Under the pieces are notes generated by a model, which worked only from the letters and a program-made list of their open reading frames with translations, had not been told where the DNA came from and searched no databases. A stretch of DNA of 64,000 nucleotides from Vicugna vicugna (Eukaryota). The stretch lies in assembly GCA_013265495.1 (NCBI GenBank), contig MU058718.1, positions 4,485,648-4,549,647 of the forward strand, read 5' to 3'. The position numbers and the translations under genes are program-made. Every line of letters begins with the position of its first letter. The stretch's first letter is position 1. This document shows positions 52,998 through 64,000 of the stretch, piece by piece.

Positions 52998-53505
52998 TGT
53001 TACCATACGAGGCTTGGTTCCACTCACCAAGGTGTGTGCAGTAAAGCCAATCCACTACACTGGGCTGTGGTGAAGGAAAGTGCAGTTGTTTATTTTAAGG
53101 TGCCAGACAAGGTGTCCCGGACAGCTAGTGCTCAAAAAACTGGAGCTCCCAGAAGGGTCCCAGGAAAGCCTTTTTAAAGGCCAGGTGAAGGGGGTGGTGG
53201 TCACAGGTAAGTGATCGACTCATGCACAGTTCTCTGATTGGTTGATGGTGAGGTAACAGGGCGGTGTCACAGGGGTTAACATGATCAGTCCTTAGGCTCC
53301 AGCAGGCCTGGGGGCTACATGCTCATGGTCAAGTAGTTCCCATCTTCCATTTGGTGGTGGTTGTGGGGGTGGATATCACCTGCAAAACAACTCAGGAACT
53401 GTACATCAGACACTGCTACTGAGTTATTTCAGAGAGGAGCTAAAGCAGAGGATATGGGGCAGGGGTCTGTCCCAGGACAGGCCCACAAGTTCCAGCTCAT
53501 TTACA
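52998..53505 (-). mobile_element. ERV1 solo LTR, TSD CAAC
   Basis: caac|TGTTACC...TTTACA|caac; minus-strand CCAATCAG, TTTAAA and AATAAA. Confidence 0.88.
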
Positions 53506-54104
53506 CAACCACCTTATATAAAGCCTGTTCAAATACACCAATTTTCTTATAAACGTTCACTTCAATTGTATTAACTCTTACATCTCTAACCATAGCCTCC
53601 ATTACAACTTATCAGTAAGTCTCAGTCTTACAAAGAGTCCCAGAAACTTTCCCTTTTTATCCACCAGCCACTTTAGCCATTTCTGTATAAAGGGCTTTGG
53701 GTCCCCCGATGAGGAGTCAAGCCAAGGGACCCAGGCCCTTTTGTCAATCTTTAATGTGATTAATTGGTCTAACCGTTGCAGCAAGCAATTGCTGGTCAGG
53801 TTTCTCAGCATAAGTTTTGCTTACGGCTTTTAAAATGTCTTCAAACTAGGGTAGAGTGGAATTGTTTGGGGGCACAAGTAGCATTAAGGGGATGAAAAGA
53901 CAGCCTTTTGGTCCATTCAGTGTTAGGTAGTGCTGTATTAAAACCTTTACTTTAATTCCATCAATGTCTGTTTTATTTATCCCATTTCTTAATAAGCATC
54001 TAAAGATCTCTGTCCTGCTGGGATGAGTCCTGTGAGGCTTCCCCTTCTGATTCCTCTTTATTCCAATTTTTTTTTTTTTAAATAGAGGTACTGGAGATTG
54101 ACCT

Positions 54105-55106
54105 TCCCTGAGTTCCAAAGAGCAGGGACAAGTAGTTACTAATTAGGGAAGTGAGGGAATGCAGAAATAAGGGAAAAAGAGTTAAGCAAGAAAAATAATA
54201 ATTATAGTTCAGTGATAAAACAGAATCCTGGTTTTATCAAGGGATATCATAACAAATCTGACACATACCTTTGTGTTATTCTGCAGGAACTAAGACCCCT
54301 ACCAGGTGAAGGATGGCGACAACATGCAGACCACAAGCATGCAAGCATGGAGACTCCAGATGAGTAAGATTCCTGAAACATCACTTTGTTATCTCACCAC
54401 TAACCAATCAGAAAAAATGATGCGCCCTGCAGCCCTCACCCCAAATGTTGCCTTTAAAAACCCTTTCCTTAAAGCCATTGGAGAGATTAGACCTTTTGAG
54501 CATGAGCTGCTCGTACTCCTTCCTCGGCCCTGCAATAAGTGCTCTATTTCGCTTCACCACAACCTGGTGGCAGAAACTTGGCTTTACTACCTGGCAGGCA
54601 AGCAGACCCAAGTTCTGTCTGGTAATGTAAACCGAGCAGGACCCTGTGGGACCTTCGAGGGTCAGACCCCTCCCCCACATCCTCTGCTGTAGCTCCTCTC
54701 TGAAGCACCCAGATAATAGTATCTCATCTATATTTCCTGAGTTTTTCAGATGCTTAAAACCACATGAAAGGGAAGAAATTAATGACTTGATGGTCGAGAG
54801 CTCCTGGCCCCAGGCCTTCTGACGCCTAGGGGTTGATAGTGTTGTCCGCCCTGTTCCCTCAACATCAACCAATTAGAGAATTGTGCACGGGCTGATCACG
54901 TACCCTGCGACCCACCTCCCTTATGCGGCCTTTAAATATGATTTGCTGAAACTTTGGGTAGTTCAGGATTTTTACTGGACATGAGCCACCTTGTCCTCCT
55001 TGCTTGGCCCTGCAATAAACCTTTCTGTACTCCAGCCTCCAATGTTTCAGTTTGTTTGGCCTCATGGTGCAGCAGGCACATGAACTTGCCTTCAGTAATG
55101 GTAACA
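54105..55106 (+). mobile_element. ERV1 LTR (about 54105-54625 plus terminal CA at 55105-55106) carrying a second LTR (54626-55100) in its 3' tip
   Basis: Host ends ...ctggtaa|insert|gtaaCA; TSD GTAA; both have CCAAT, TTTAAA and a CAATAA poly(A) region; host 5' end uncertain. Confidence 0.75.
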
Positions 55107-55774
55107 AAAATAGAAACCTTTGTTGCATCACTTATGAAGCAATGAAGGTTGAGAAGACAAAGGCGCCTTACAGACTGGACCGCTTATGATGAACTTCTCT
55201 GAGAGCTTGCATAGCTGCACAAAATGATGCTCAGAACCCCAGTCTATTTGACTGGCTACCAAATGCACACTAGTATGTACACCTTCTGGATGGCAGAGAC
55301 CAGAGAGAGTTTTCTCACTGGTCAACAAGCCAAGCTCTCAAGATCTAGAACAAGATGAAAGGAAAACCTAGTAAGACCAATGGTTTTCCTGCTTATGACA
55401 AACAACATAAAATACAGAGACAAAGAAAAATTATAACCATCTCTGGGAGAAAAAGAGTCAACAATCCAAGAACACTTTTTTAAATTTCAAACCAAGAGTG
55501 GCTAAGTCTAAGAAGCTAGCCCTACAAATAATTTCTCCTGCGAATCTAATTTTAGAATAGGGAAAAAAGAAAAGAAAAGAAAAGAAAAAAAAACCTCTTA
55601 CCACTCTTATTTCAACAGAACTTACAGGCAAAGATTTGGGAGACTGACTGACATGGTAAGAATTTTCACCTTTTGCTAGCTTTTGTCAGATGTCCCTGGA
55701 TTTCTTAACTGCAACAGCTTTGGAGCAAGTAGTGTCCAGCCAGTAAAGTTGCATCACAGCAGAGTCACCAACTT

Positions 55775-56715
55775 CCTGGGGAGGAAGAAGTTTTCCTTTC
55801 ACCTTACAGGTTCTTCTGCCTCGTTTAAGAGTTAAATTGACATGGGACAGGTTAACAGGAGAAGTCAAACCAAAGTTTAATAACATGTATGCTTGGGAGA
55901 CACCCAGGAAAACTGAGTAGCTCACAAAATGGCTGAAGCCCTCACCTTCAATACCATCTTCAGCTAAAGACAAAAGAGGATGTTGAGGGTGGGGAGAGCC
56001 AGTTATGAGAGGTTATGAGGAAGAGCACAGTAAACAAGGGTAAGGTCGTGATGTAGATATAAGTCATTACCTTCTCCACTGATAAAAACTTCCAGAGATT
56101 TGGCCATCCTCCTTGTGTGTTCAGCCACTCAGGATGGCTGCTTTCTCGCTCTCTGTACATCCCCTGCTCGTCCAGTCCCTGCTTCACTCACATGACTAAC
56201 CAATCCTCCTAATGATAGGGCTTAATCAGCTGCCTCCGTGGTTGCCCCCTGCCCCAGCCACTGGCTTCCCTGATAACTGATGAGCCAACCTGACATCAAT
56301 TCTCGCTGTAAATGGCAGCCTCTTTCTTCCCTGAGTAGCAAAGATTGCTTCATGTCCTGTCCGCTGTCTGCAGTAGTGTTGCTCCAGGACTTTTGCTTCA
56401 GACTTGTAAGATTCTGTATGCAAGAAACCCTGATGTCTCTGTCACTGCCTCCAGGCTGTTTCTTTGGTCTTGTGGCTGGGCAGCTACAAGGCTTGCAGAC
56501 CTGAGAGGTGCAACCCAACACTCCTCTACTAGGGGTATCTAGAGGGAGACAGCCTTACAACTGGAGGTTTCCCTGCAAATGTAAATGTTTCTTACAAAAG
56601 GGTAATGCCTACTTGGTTTTCAGAGTTTTCCCCAAGTCTGCTGTCTCTTACAAAACAACCAGCTTAAAATATTCCAAAGAGGCACATTTGGGGCAGCAAA
56701 TTCTGTTCCCCTATC
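55775..56715 (-). mobile_element. MER34-like 5' LTR of the provirus, interrupted by another LTR
   Basis: Minus strand begins ...aggggaacagaatttgctgccccaaatgtgcctctttgg and ends ...cttcctccccc immediately before the PBS. Confidence 0.7.
56114..56520 (+). mobile_element. Solo LTR with 5-bp TSD CTCCT (ERVL-class by TSD length)
   Basis: ctcct|TGTGTG...CCCAACA|ctcct. Confidence 0.8.
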
Positions 56716-57324
56716 GTAACTTATGGGTAGCAAGTTTAAAGAAACTGCCAGATATAACATACAAGACTACTAGAAAACACTTTCTTCTCAACTAAATTTG
56801 TAAGATTTAGTCAAACAGATGGAAGCTTCGTGTTTTATATGTTGGCTTTTCATGTTAACCTCACTTACTTTGTCTTAAAATCTGCATACCAGATTCTTGA
56901 AAAGAAAGAATGCTGTTCCATTGATTTTTTTTTTTCTTTAAACAAGCAGAAATCTTAACTAGCTCAGTTCTCTTTCACCACATTGTAGATTGACCTTTCA
57001 AACAAGGACTTCCTCCTGTTGAGGAGACATCATACTTCCTGTTACTGGGGTGTGTGTGTGATCACTGGACATTTGTTAAGTGATCTAAAACAATCCATTT
57101 TAAACTAAAGCAATGCTTGGCCTGATATGCCCAGGAGAGTCTCATGAACAGCTGTATAGGCTTAGGAAGCTAGATGGCAGAGTAATCACACAGTTAAAAG
57201 GCTTTCTATGGCATTGCAGAAAGAAGCTAAACCCTGTCTTCAATTTCAAAAGAATGAAATTCCTGTTTACCTTTCTGAATGGTAGAGAAGAGGTAGTCTA
57301 ATGTGATGGTTTAAGAGGAACGAT

Positions 57325-58207
57325 TTTTTCTCAGCTTCATTGAGCTATAGTTGACATCTAACATTGTGTTTAAGGTTTATAGTGTGTTGATATGATACAT
57401 TTATATATTGCAAAATGATTACCGTCCACCATAGCATTAGCTAACACCCCATCACAGAAATACCCCATCACATAATTACCCTTTTTTTTGTGGTGAGATC
57501 ATTTAAGATCTACTCTCTCAGCAACATTTAATGTATAATATTGTTAGCTATAATTACCATACTGTACATTAGGTCCCCAGAACTTGCTAATATTATAACT
57601 GAAAGTTTGTACCCTTCAACAAATATCTCTCCATTTCTCTCACCTCCAATCCCTGGTAACCACCAGTCTACTCTGCTTTTAAGAGAACACTTTTCTTTTA
57701 TTGAAGTATAGTTGCTGTATGATATTATATAAGTTACAGATGGACAATATAGTGATTCATAATTTTTGAAGGTTATACTTCATTTATTATAAAATATTGG
57801 CTATATTCCTTGTGCTGTACAATATATCCTTGGAGCTTCTTTTATACCTAACAGTTAGTACTTATTAATCCCCTGCCCTTATGTTGTCCTTCCCTCCTTC
57901 CCTCTCCCCACTGGTATCCATGAGTTTTGTAAGAGGAACACTTTTCAATGTAAAAAAGAAAAATCAGGAGTGAGAAGGGATAAACTGGGAGTTTGAGATT
58001 TGCAAATACTAACTACTATATATAAAATAGATAAATAACAAGTTTGTATTGTATAGCACAGGCAACTATATTTGATGTCCTATAGTAACCTATAATGGAA
58101 AAGAATATGAAAAGGAATACATATATATATCTATCTCACTGAACTATTACGCTACCCACCAGAAATTGTACAACATTGTAAATTGACCATACTACAATAA
58201 AAAAAAA
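57325..58207. mobile_element. Three stacked L1 3'-end fragments (two minus, one plus)
   Basis: L1 3' termini at about 57325-57677, 57695-57929 (minus) and 57970-58207 (plus), each flanked by direct repeats. Confidence 0.8.
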
Positions 58208-59342
58208 TTCAGGAAAATTTCCCCTATGCCAGAAATTTGATTATCATAAGCAACTTCATGTATTAGGGTTCTTTAAAGAGTGATGTGGTGTAAGGAGTGT
58301 ATCAGAAGCACGGAGTTGGCAGAAGCCTGAGTGAGGCATGTCTTCCAAGCTCATCTAATGATCACCCTGTTAACTTGGGCATCTCCTCCTCATGGCTCTC
58401 ATCTGTAAAGTGTGCATTGACTCCTTTAAATTATACTAAGTAACAAACACAAATGACTTGAAAGTACCTAAGACAGGTGATTAAAGGTTATGCAGTCAGA
58501 GGAGAGTGTAATAGGTTAATGGGTGCCGGGAACTCTGGCGTCACCAAGCTTCAAATCCTCACTTCTATGACCTCAGCCTAGTTTTACAGCTTCATTGAGT
58601 CTCACTTTTCTTATTACCCACGTCACAAGGTTTCTATGGTTCTGGTTTGTGAGGATTGACCTCAGTCCTTGGTGCATAGCAAACAGTTCATACATCATAG
58701 TCATTACTACAGCCTTTTATTTACATAGCTTTGCACTTACATACACGCATTTCTTTAAATCCTCTCAAAGCTCTGTGAGGTAGGCATTATTGTCTCCATT
58801 TACCTACAGTGGGCCAAGCAGGTCCTCGATTTGAAAGTGGGGACCCTGGAACTGAGCTCTTCCCAGTCACCACTCTGCTTTCTGAAAACAAAAACAACTG
58901 CAAATGAGGAGCCTTGGGATCTTTTTGAAATATAGGCAAATCTAAACATTCCTCAGAGGTAGAAACATCTTAGGGGTAGATGACATAGAAAAGCTGCCCA
59001 AGCTGTCAAGGGCGCACCCTGAGTTCAGGTGCACAGCCTGCATTCCCCCGGTGGGGTGGGCAGCAGATGGCTAGGAAGGAGCAGCTGGTTCCAGTGGCCT
59101 CAGTTCCAGGGCTTGGTGAACCTGCCGGGAGATCCTCGAAGGCAGACATCTCCATCTCTGTAGCCTGGGTCCTAGTGTGTGGCATCACAGATGTGTAATA
59201 AGTGTTTGTTGACATGTATGGACTAACGCCCCAGGAAAAAACTTCTATTTTAATGACTGTGTTGGGATGCAATAAAAATGGCTAATTTGAGAGTATTACT
59301 GTACTTCCCATCCCACACCCTGGAACCCATCGAAAGAATTCT

Positions 59343-59563
59343 CCTTGTAAATCAACTATACTTCGATTTAACAACAACAACAAAAAGGACAGGAGGGAAC
59401 TTCCAGGGGTGATGGATATGTTCATTATCTTGATGTGGTAGTGATTTCCTTAGAGGTACATATGTCAAAACTCATCTTTTTGTATGCTTTAAATATGTAA
59501 AGTTTATTATATCCTGATTATACCTTAATAAAGCAGTGGTTCTCAAAAAAAAAAAAGAAAAGA
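59343..59563 (+). mobile_element. Short L1 tip plus transduced flank and poly(A), TSD AAAGAATTCT
   Basis: TSD at 59333-59342 and 59564-59573; AATAAA 59527-59532; A tail from 59545. Confidence 0.65.
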
Positions 59564-59646
59564 AAAGAATTCTGCAAGTATCAGCCTGGGTTCTTTACCT
59601 GTCTCTCTAGGGGAGATGTGTGTGTGTTGGTTATCAGTTAGACTCC

Positions 59647-59999
59647 TGCATTGTCTGCTTGGGCTGCCAAATAGAATACCTCAGACTGGGTGGCTTAAAC
59701 AAGAGAAATTTATTTTTTTTTACAGCTCTGGAGGCTGGAATTCCTAGATCAAGGAGCCAGCAGGGTTGGTTTCTGGTGAGGTTGCTCACCCTCATATGCC
59801 CTTTTCTCTGTGTGTCCCTGCTCTCCTGGTGTCTCTTCCTCTTCTTAGAAGGATACCTATCCTGTTGGAGTAGGGCCCTACCCTTATGACCTCATTTAGT
59901 CTTAATTACCTCCGTAAAGCCCTATCTCCAAATACAGTCACATTGGGGGTCAGGGTTTCAACCTATGAATTTGGGAGGGATACAATTTAGTCCATAACA
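59647..59999 (-). mobile_element. MaLR LTR (MLT1A/MST-like)
   Basis: gggctgcc...cagactgggtggcttaaacaa...tctggaggctgga...atgaatttgggagggatacaatttagtccataaca. Confidence 0.8.
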
Positions 60000-60047
60000 A
60001 CCCTCTTCAACACTTATTTGGAGAAAATCTCTTTAAAATTATTTTTA

Positions 60048-60316
60048 TGGTTACCAGTAAGGAAAGAGAGTGGGAAAGGATAAATTGGGGTTTAAGATTT
60101 GCAGATACTAACTGCTATACATAAAATAGATATACAGCAAGTTTCTTCTATATAGCATGTGGAACTATATTCAATATCTTGTAGTAACCTATAATGAAAA
60201 AGAATATGAAAACAGATCTATGTATGTATATGTATGACTGAAACATTATGCTGTACACCAGAAATAGACACAATGTTGTAAACTGACTATACTTCAATAA
60301 AAATGAATAAATAAGT
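60048..60316 (+). mobile_element. 5'-truncated L1 3' end
   Basis: Similar to 57970-58207; ends tgtaaactgactatacttcaataaaaa; flanks aaattatttttta / aaataatttttta. Confidence 0.8.
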
Positions 60317-60522
60317 AAATAATTTTTTACTACTCATCACAGTACTTGTTTGTGGCACAGTTCCAGGGCTGGTCCACAACTTTACTAGAGTCACAAAGTA
60401 CCCTAACTAGCAGAGCTGCCAGCATGTCTGGTGGGAGTGATCCTGGAACACAAATTCTCCTTGGCTTGGTTTGAAGTTCAAAGTTAGTTGACTCACTTGT
60501 GGGGTCTCATTCCTTACTGGCC

Positions 60523-60672
60523 TTTTTGTTTATTTATTTTTATTTTATTTTTAGGGGGAAGGTAATTAGGTTTATTTATTTATTGTTAATGGAGGTACTG
60601 GGGGTTGAATCCAGGGCCTTGTGCGTGCTAAGTACACGCTCTACCACTGAGCTATACTGCACCCTCAACCCC
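60523..60672 (-). mobile_element. tRNA-derived SINE (Vic-1-like)
   Basis: ggtaattaggtttatttatt...ggaggtactgggggttgaatccagg...ctctaccactgagctata. Confidence 0.85.
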
Positions 60673-62755
60673 CTTCTTAGCCTCTTTGGACAGAGCCAGG
60701 AAGAGATGTGAAGGGAGTGTCTCCTCTCTAGAGGGCATCCCCAGATTGTGAGGGCTGATGGACCTCCATTCCTGGGCCCCAAGGAGCCCTGCCCTGGCAC
60801 AGATTACACGGTGGGGGCTCTTCCTCTCTCCTGGCTACCCCCTCCTTGATGTGTATAGCCTGCTCTCTTTTTAACAACTTTACTCCAATCTTTCTTTGTT
60901 TTTAAAGATCAAGACTCCCAAGTGAATATTTTGTAATTTCCAGCTAGTTGACCTTACCTTAATTAGAATCTAATAACTTTTATCTAATTATTATTTTTTT
61001 AAATGTGGAATCCGCTCACCACCTTTTCAGAACACAAGTCCATATCTCATGTTATTTCCATTTCTGATAATTTTACTGATAAATCTGTTGGATCTGTTTC
61101 CCCTTTATTAATAAGAACAGCTCTAGAAAGTATAAAGAGAGCAGCAAGGAAAACAAGGCTGACTGGGCTCCTATTTGGGAAACATTGATCTTTCGGTGTT
61201 ATTCACTGGTATTTACTTACATTGTTTTAAAATTCAGCATCTCCATTACTGGGTCTGGATATAGGTCTGGTAAAATATTCATAACAAATCACACTGCCAG
61301 CAAAAAACCCCCAAAGCCTGCTTGGGTTAAATGACACCACACACAGAAAGATAATGAACAAGAAAGAACAGGACGACTTCCCAATAAACAGCAGAGACAA
61401 GGGCCATGAGCGTTCAAAGAGGAGGCCAGCCTTGTAGGCCAATGTCGCAGGAATGCTTTGCAGAGGAGGGAGGCCCTGCTGAGGCCTATGGGGATTGGCA
61501 GAAGGGAAGGAAATGGGGGTGAGGAGAGGAAAGGGCTGTGGGGGCCGGAGGCTGGGATGGCCTGGAGGAGGAATTGAAATCTTGTGAATAGTGATGTGAG
61601 GTTAACACTTTGTATTCCTGGAGCCCACCTGCCCTTTGACACACCTGTAAACACTCAGGACATTGTCTTATTTAATGCCGACCTGTGACCTTGGGAGGCA
61701 GTTCACATCCTCATGAGAAACAAAGCTCAGAGAGGTTAGGTCACTTGTTCTGGGTGACCCAGCTGGTTCTGAAGCCCATGTCCTGAACCACTAACTGCCA
61801 CCCCATGGAAAAGGGGTCAAGGCCAGGTTGGAGGGAGAAAGCATCCTGCATTTAGAACCCTGGGGAATTTGGTGCCTTAGGAAAATGTGAAGGTGTTGTT
61901 CAGAACTGAAGTATGCCTAGTCTACGGGTAGTCCTGGGCTGTGCTGGCCCAGACGATTCAGAGCCGACTTTCAAGGCTGCGGTACAGTGGAGAATGAGTT
62001 TTCTCTCAGCAGGCAGCTCTTCTAGGGAAAATGAAAACAGAATCACTCCACTGTGGTTTCCTCAAAAACAGGGCTGAAGCATTTACTATGGGGAAATATC
62101 TCCCAGGTGAAAAGAGGCAGAGAGGGAGTAAAAGGAAACCCTGAGAGCAGCTGAGAGATGGCAGAAGTAATGCAAGCCACGGGCAAGGAAAGGAGGTGGG
62201 CCGGTGTCTTAAAGGCACAGGGATGCTGTGATTGTTATAATCAAAGAGAGAGCAGATGCTGGAGAGGAGCGTTTCCTACTAATAAGAGGTCGGACATGAC
62301 TGAGAAGTTGACAGTGGCTGAGAGGCCGTCTTCTTAGGAAAACCGTGGCTGCTGAAAGGAATTCCCCTTGTCTATTTGGGCAGCACTTTGCAGTTTGCCA
62401 AGTGCTTTTCCATCTATAATCTATTTAACATCAGTGCTGTGAAGCATGGCATTGCCCACACTGTGTGACAAGGAAGGAAGTTTTAAAAGAGAAAAGTCTG
62501 ATTCAAGTTCTCTGGCTGCTTAGACAGAGCTGCGAGCAGAACTCACGTCAGCCCTGCCAGCCTGGGGCGTCCTCCGGTGCCTGGAGGACAAGCAGGGTCA
62601 TCACCAAGTAACGGAAGCTTTGGGAAAGAAGCTCCGCAGCCGCCTTAGGAAAGCTGAACTCTGTGGAAAATGTCTGGGGGCTCCATCTGAGAGAGGGGAT
62701 TAGGTAGGCTCGCTGACCCTGGCTGGTTGTCAACAAGGGGGAGAAAATTCCATGT

Positions 62756-63217
62756 TGTTAAAAAACAGAGTGTTCCTCTTACCCCGCAGTCGGCACCTTG
62801 GTTCCAAGGACACAGCCATACAACAGGGCGTTTTATGTCCCACAACTGCCGCATCAACCCTAAGGACATACCCCGCTGTCTCTCTCTTTGTTCTCTTTTT
62901 CCCGCTGAAGGTTCTGTTTTAGAGCTGAGCTCCATGGGAGGAAAGAACCCCTGATGGAAGATGATAGGCTTCATTGGACTGACAAGCCTGCCCATAAAAG
63001 ACTCCGTGGCCCAGGGAGGGGCTGGCGCTGTCTCCACCCGCTACCTGCCTGACAGCTCCCCCTCGCCCGAGTGTTTTCTTTTCCCTTCTCTCTCAGCAAT
63101 AAAGCAGCTTTTTACTTTGTCCTTCTGCCTCCGCTGAGATTTTTTTTTCGCAACCAGTGTGCAAGGACCTGCACGTCTGGTGGGTTTTCCAAGTTGGAGG
63201 AGGTCTATCAACTAACA
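62756..63217 (+). mobile_element. CpG-retaining solo LTR (ERV1-like)
   Basis: TG...CTAACA ends; CATAAAA TATA-like box near 62993, AATAAA near 63098; TSD ambiguous (atgt/acgt). Confidence 0.65.
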
Positions 63218-63783
63218 CGTTCGTGTGTCATGCCTTTCAAAGTTTTTTGAAATCCTTCCCGTTAAGACTGAATTCACAGGACTATCTTACTAATTTATAT
63301 TCACGTGATCAGGAAAAGCAACTCTGAATACAGAGTCTGAATGATCTGATATTCTTGTTCTAGCTGCAGAAGAGTAAAACATTCATTCTTGATTAAAAAA
63401 AAAAGAAAGCCTGATTATTTGCCTTTGCTCTCTTTCCCTAAGGAAAGGCCTTTCTATTTTCACCTTCTCCTTCCTAATGACACCTTGCATGGATTTAAAG
63501 TGACTAAGTTTCTACTGGCAGCTCTCCCTGCAGTAACAGAGCCACCTCCATGAGCTTGGAGATCCAATTTCACCACTGAATTTGCTGTAGTTCGTGATGT
63601 CTGTTTCTGCTTTTTCCATATCCATATATTGACATTTATGTTCTCCAATTTCCCTTCCTGATGCCCTTCAGATACACAGGTAACCCCGTCTCCAGTCCAT
63701 CCCATCTTTTTCACAGTCTTGGTGTTTCTCCCTTATTCCTCAATCAAACCACTGATATCTGAAATTGTATTATCCTTCCACAT

Positions 63784-64000
63784 TGCTAGTTATTTATTGC
63801 TGTGTAACAAATTGCCCTAGATTTGGTAGCTTAAAACAACAAACATTTCTTAAGTCACAATTTCTGTGACTCAGGAATCCAGCCACTGGTTCAGGGTCTC
63901 TCACGAGGTTGCTGTTAAGTGGTTGGCCAGGGCTGTAGCCACTTGAAGGGCCAGAGGGTCCACTTCCAAGCTGTCTCACGGGGCTGTCAGTAGGAGTTCA
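63784..64000 (-). mobile_element. MaLR LTR (MLT1-like), runs off window
   Basis: tattgctgtgtaacaaatt...gcttaaaacaac...tcacaatttctgtg...tcaggaatcc wording. Confidence 0.75.

Larger units (their letters stand above)
48050..55770 (-). mobile_element. Decayed ERV1 (MER4/MER34-group-like) internal sequence interrupted by several LTRs and a SINE
   Basis: PBS at 55753-55770 directly after the 5' LTR; retroviral-leader-like sequence; no long gag/pol/env ORF in the ORF track; left boundary uncertain. Confidence 0.6.

Noticed and set aside
48050..55750. Intact or domesticated retroviral gag/pol/env gene
   Set aside because: No ORF over about 155 aa, no retroviral protein motifs in the ORF track, and repeated LTR interruptions.

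Overview
Mammalian genomic DNA, not microbial. A camelid is inferred from several tRNA-derived SINEs resembling the camelid Vic-1 type. The window holds a conserved gene cluster (the block on human 14q21): DNAAF2 (+, 3 coding exons, 6865-13338, 822 aa), intronless MGAT2 (-, 15934-17274) head-to-head with the retrogene RPL36AL (+, 18737-19057), LRR1 (-, 4 coding exons, 21198-31147, 424 aa), and an intact Pol III 7SL/SRP RNA gene (-, 38100-38398) head-to-head with RPS29 (+, 3 exons, 38630-40332). All splice junctions were read from the sequence and keep frame. Downstream of RPS29 (about 44.9-64 kb) there are no recognisable genes. That region holds a decayed minus-strand ERV1 provirus with a tRNA-Arg-like PBS, invaded by many solo LTRs with readable target-site duplications, plus stacked L1 3' ends and a probable L1 3' transduction. 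I found no convincing new biological system. The best leads are regulatory or evolutionary: an RFX X-box at DNAAF2, four uORFs in the MGAT2 leader, a ~200-bp shared Pol III/Pol II promoter, a candidate alternative RPS29 last exon, and the LTR nest. Repeat family names come from recognition, not database search, and are approximate.
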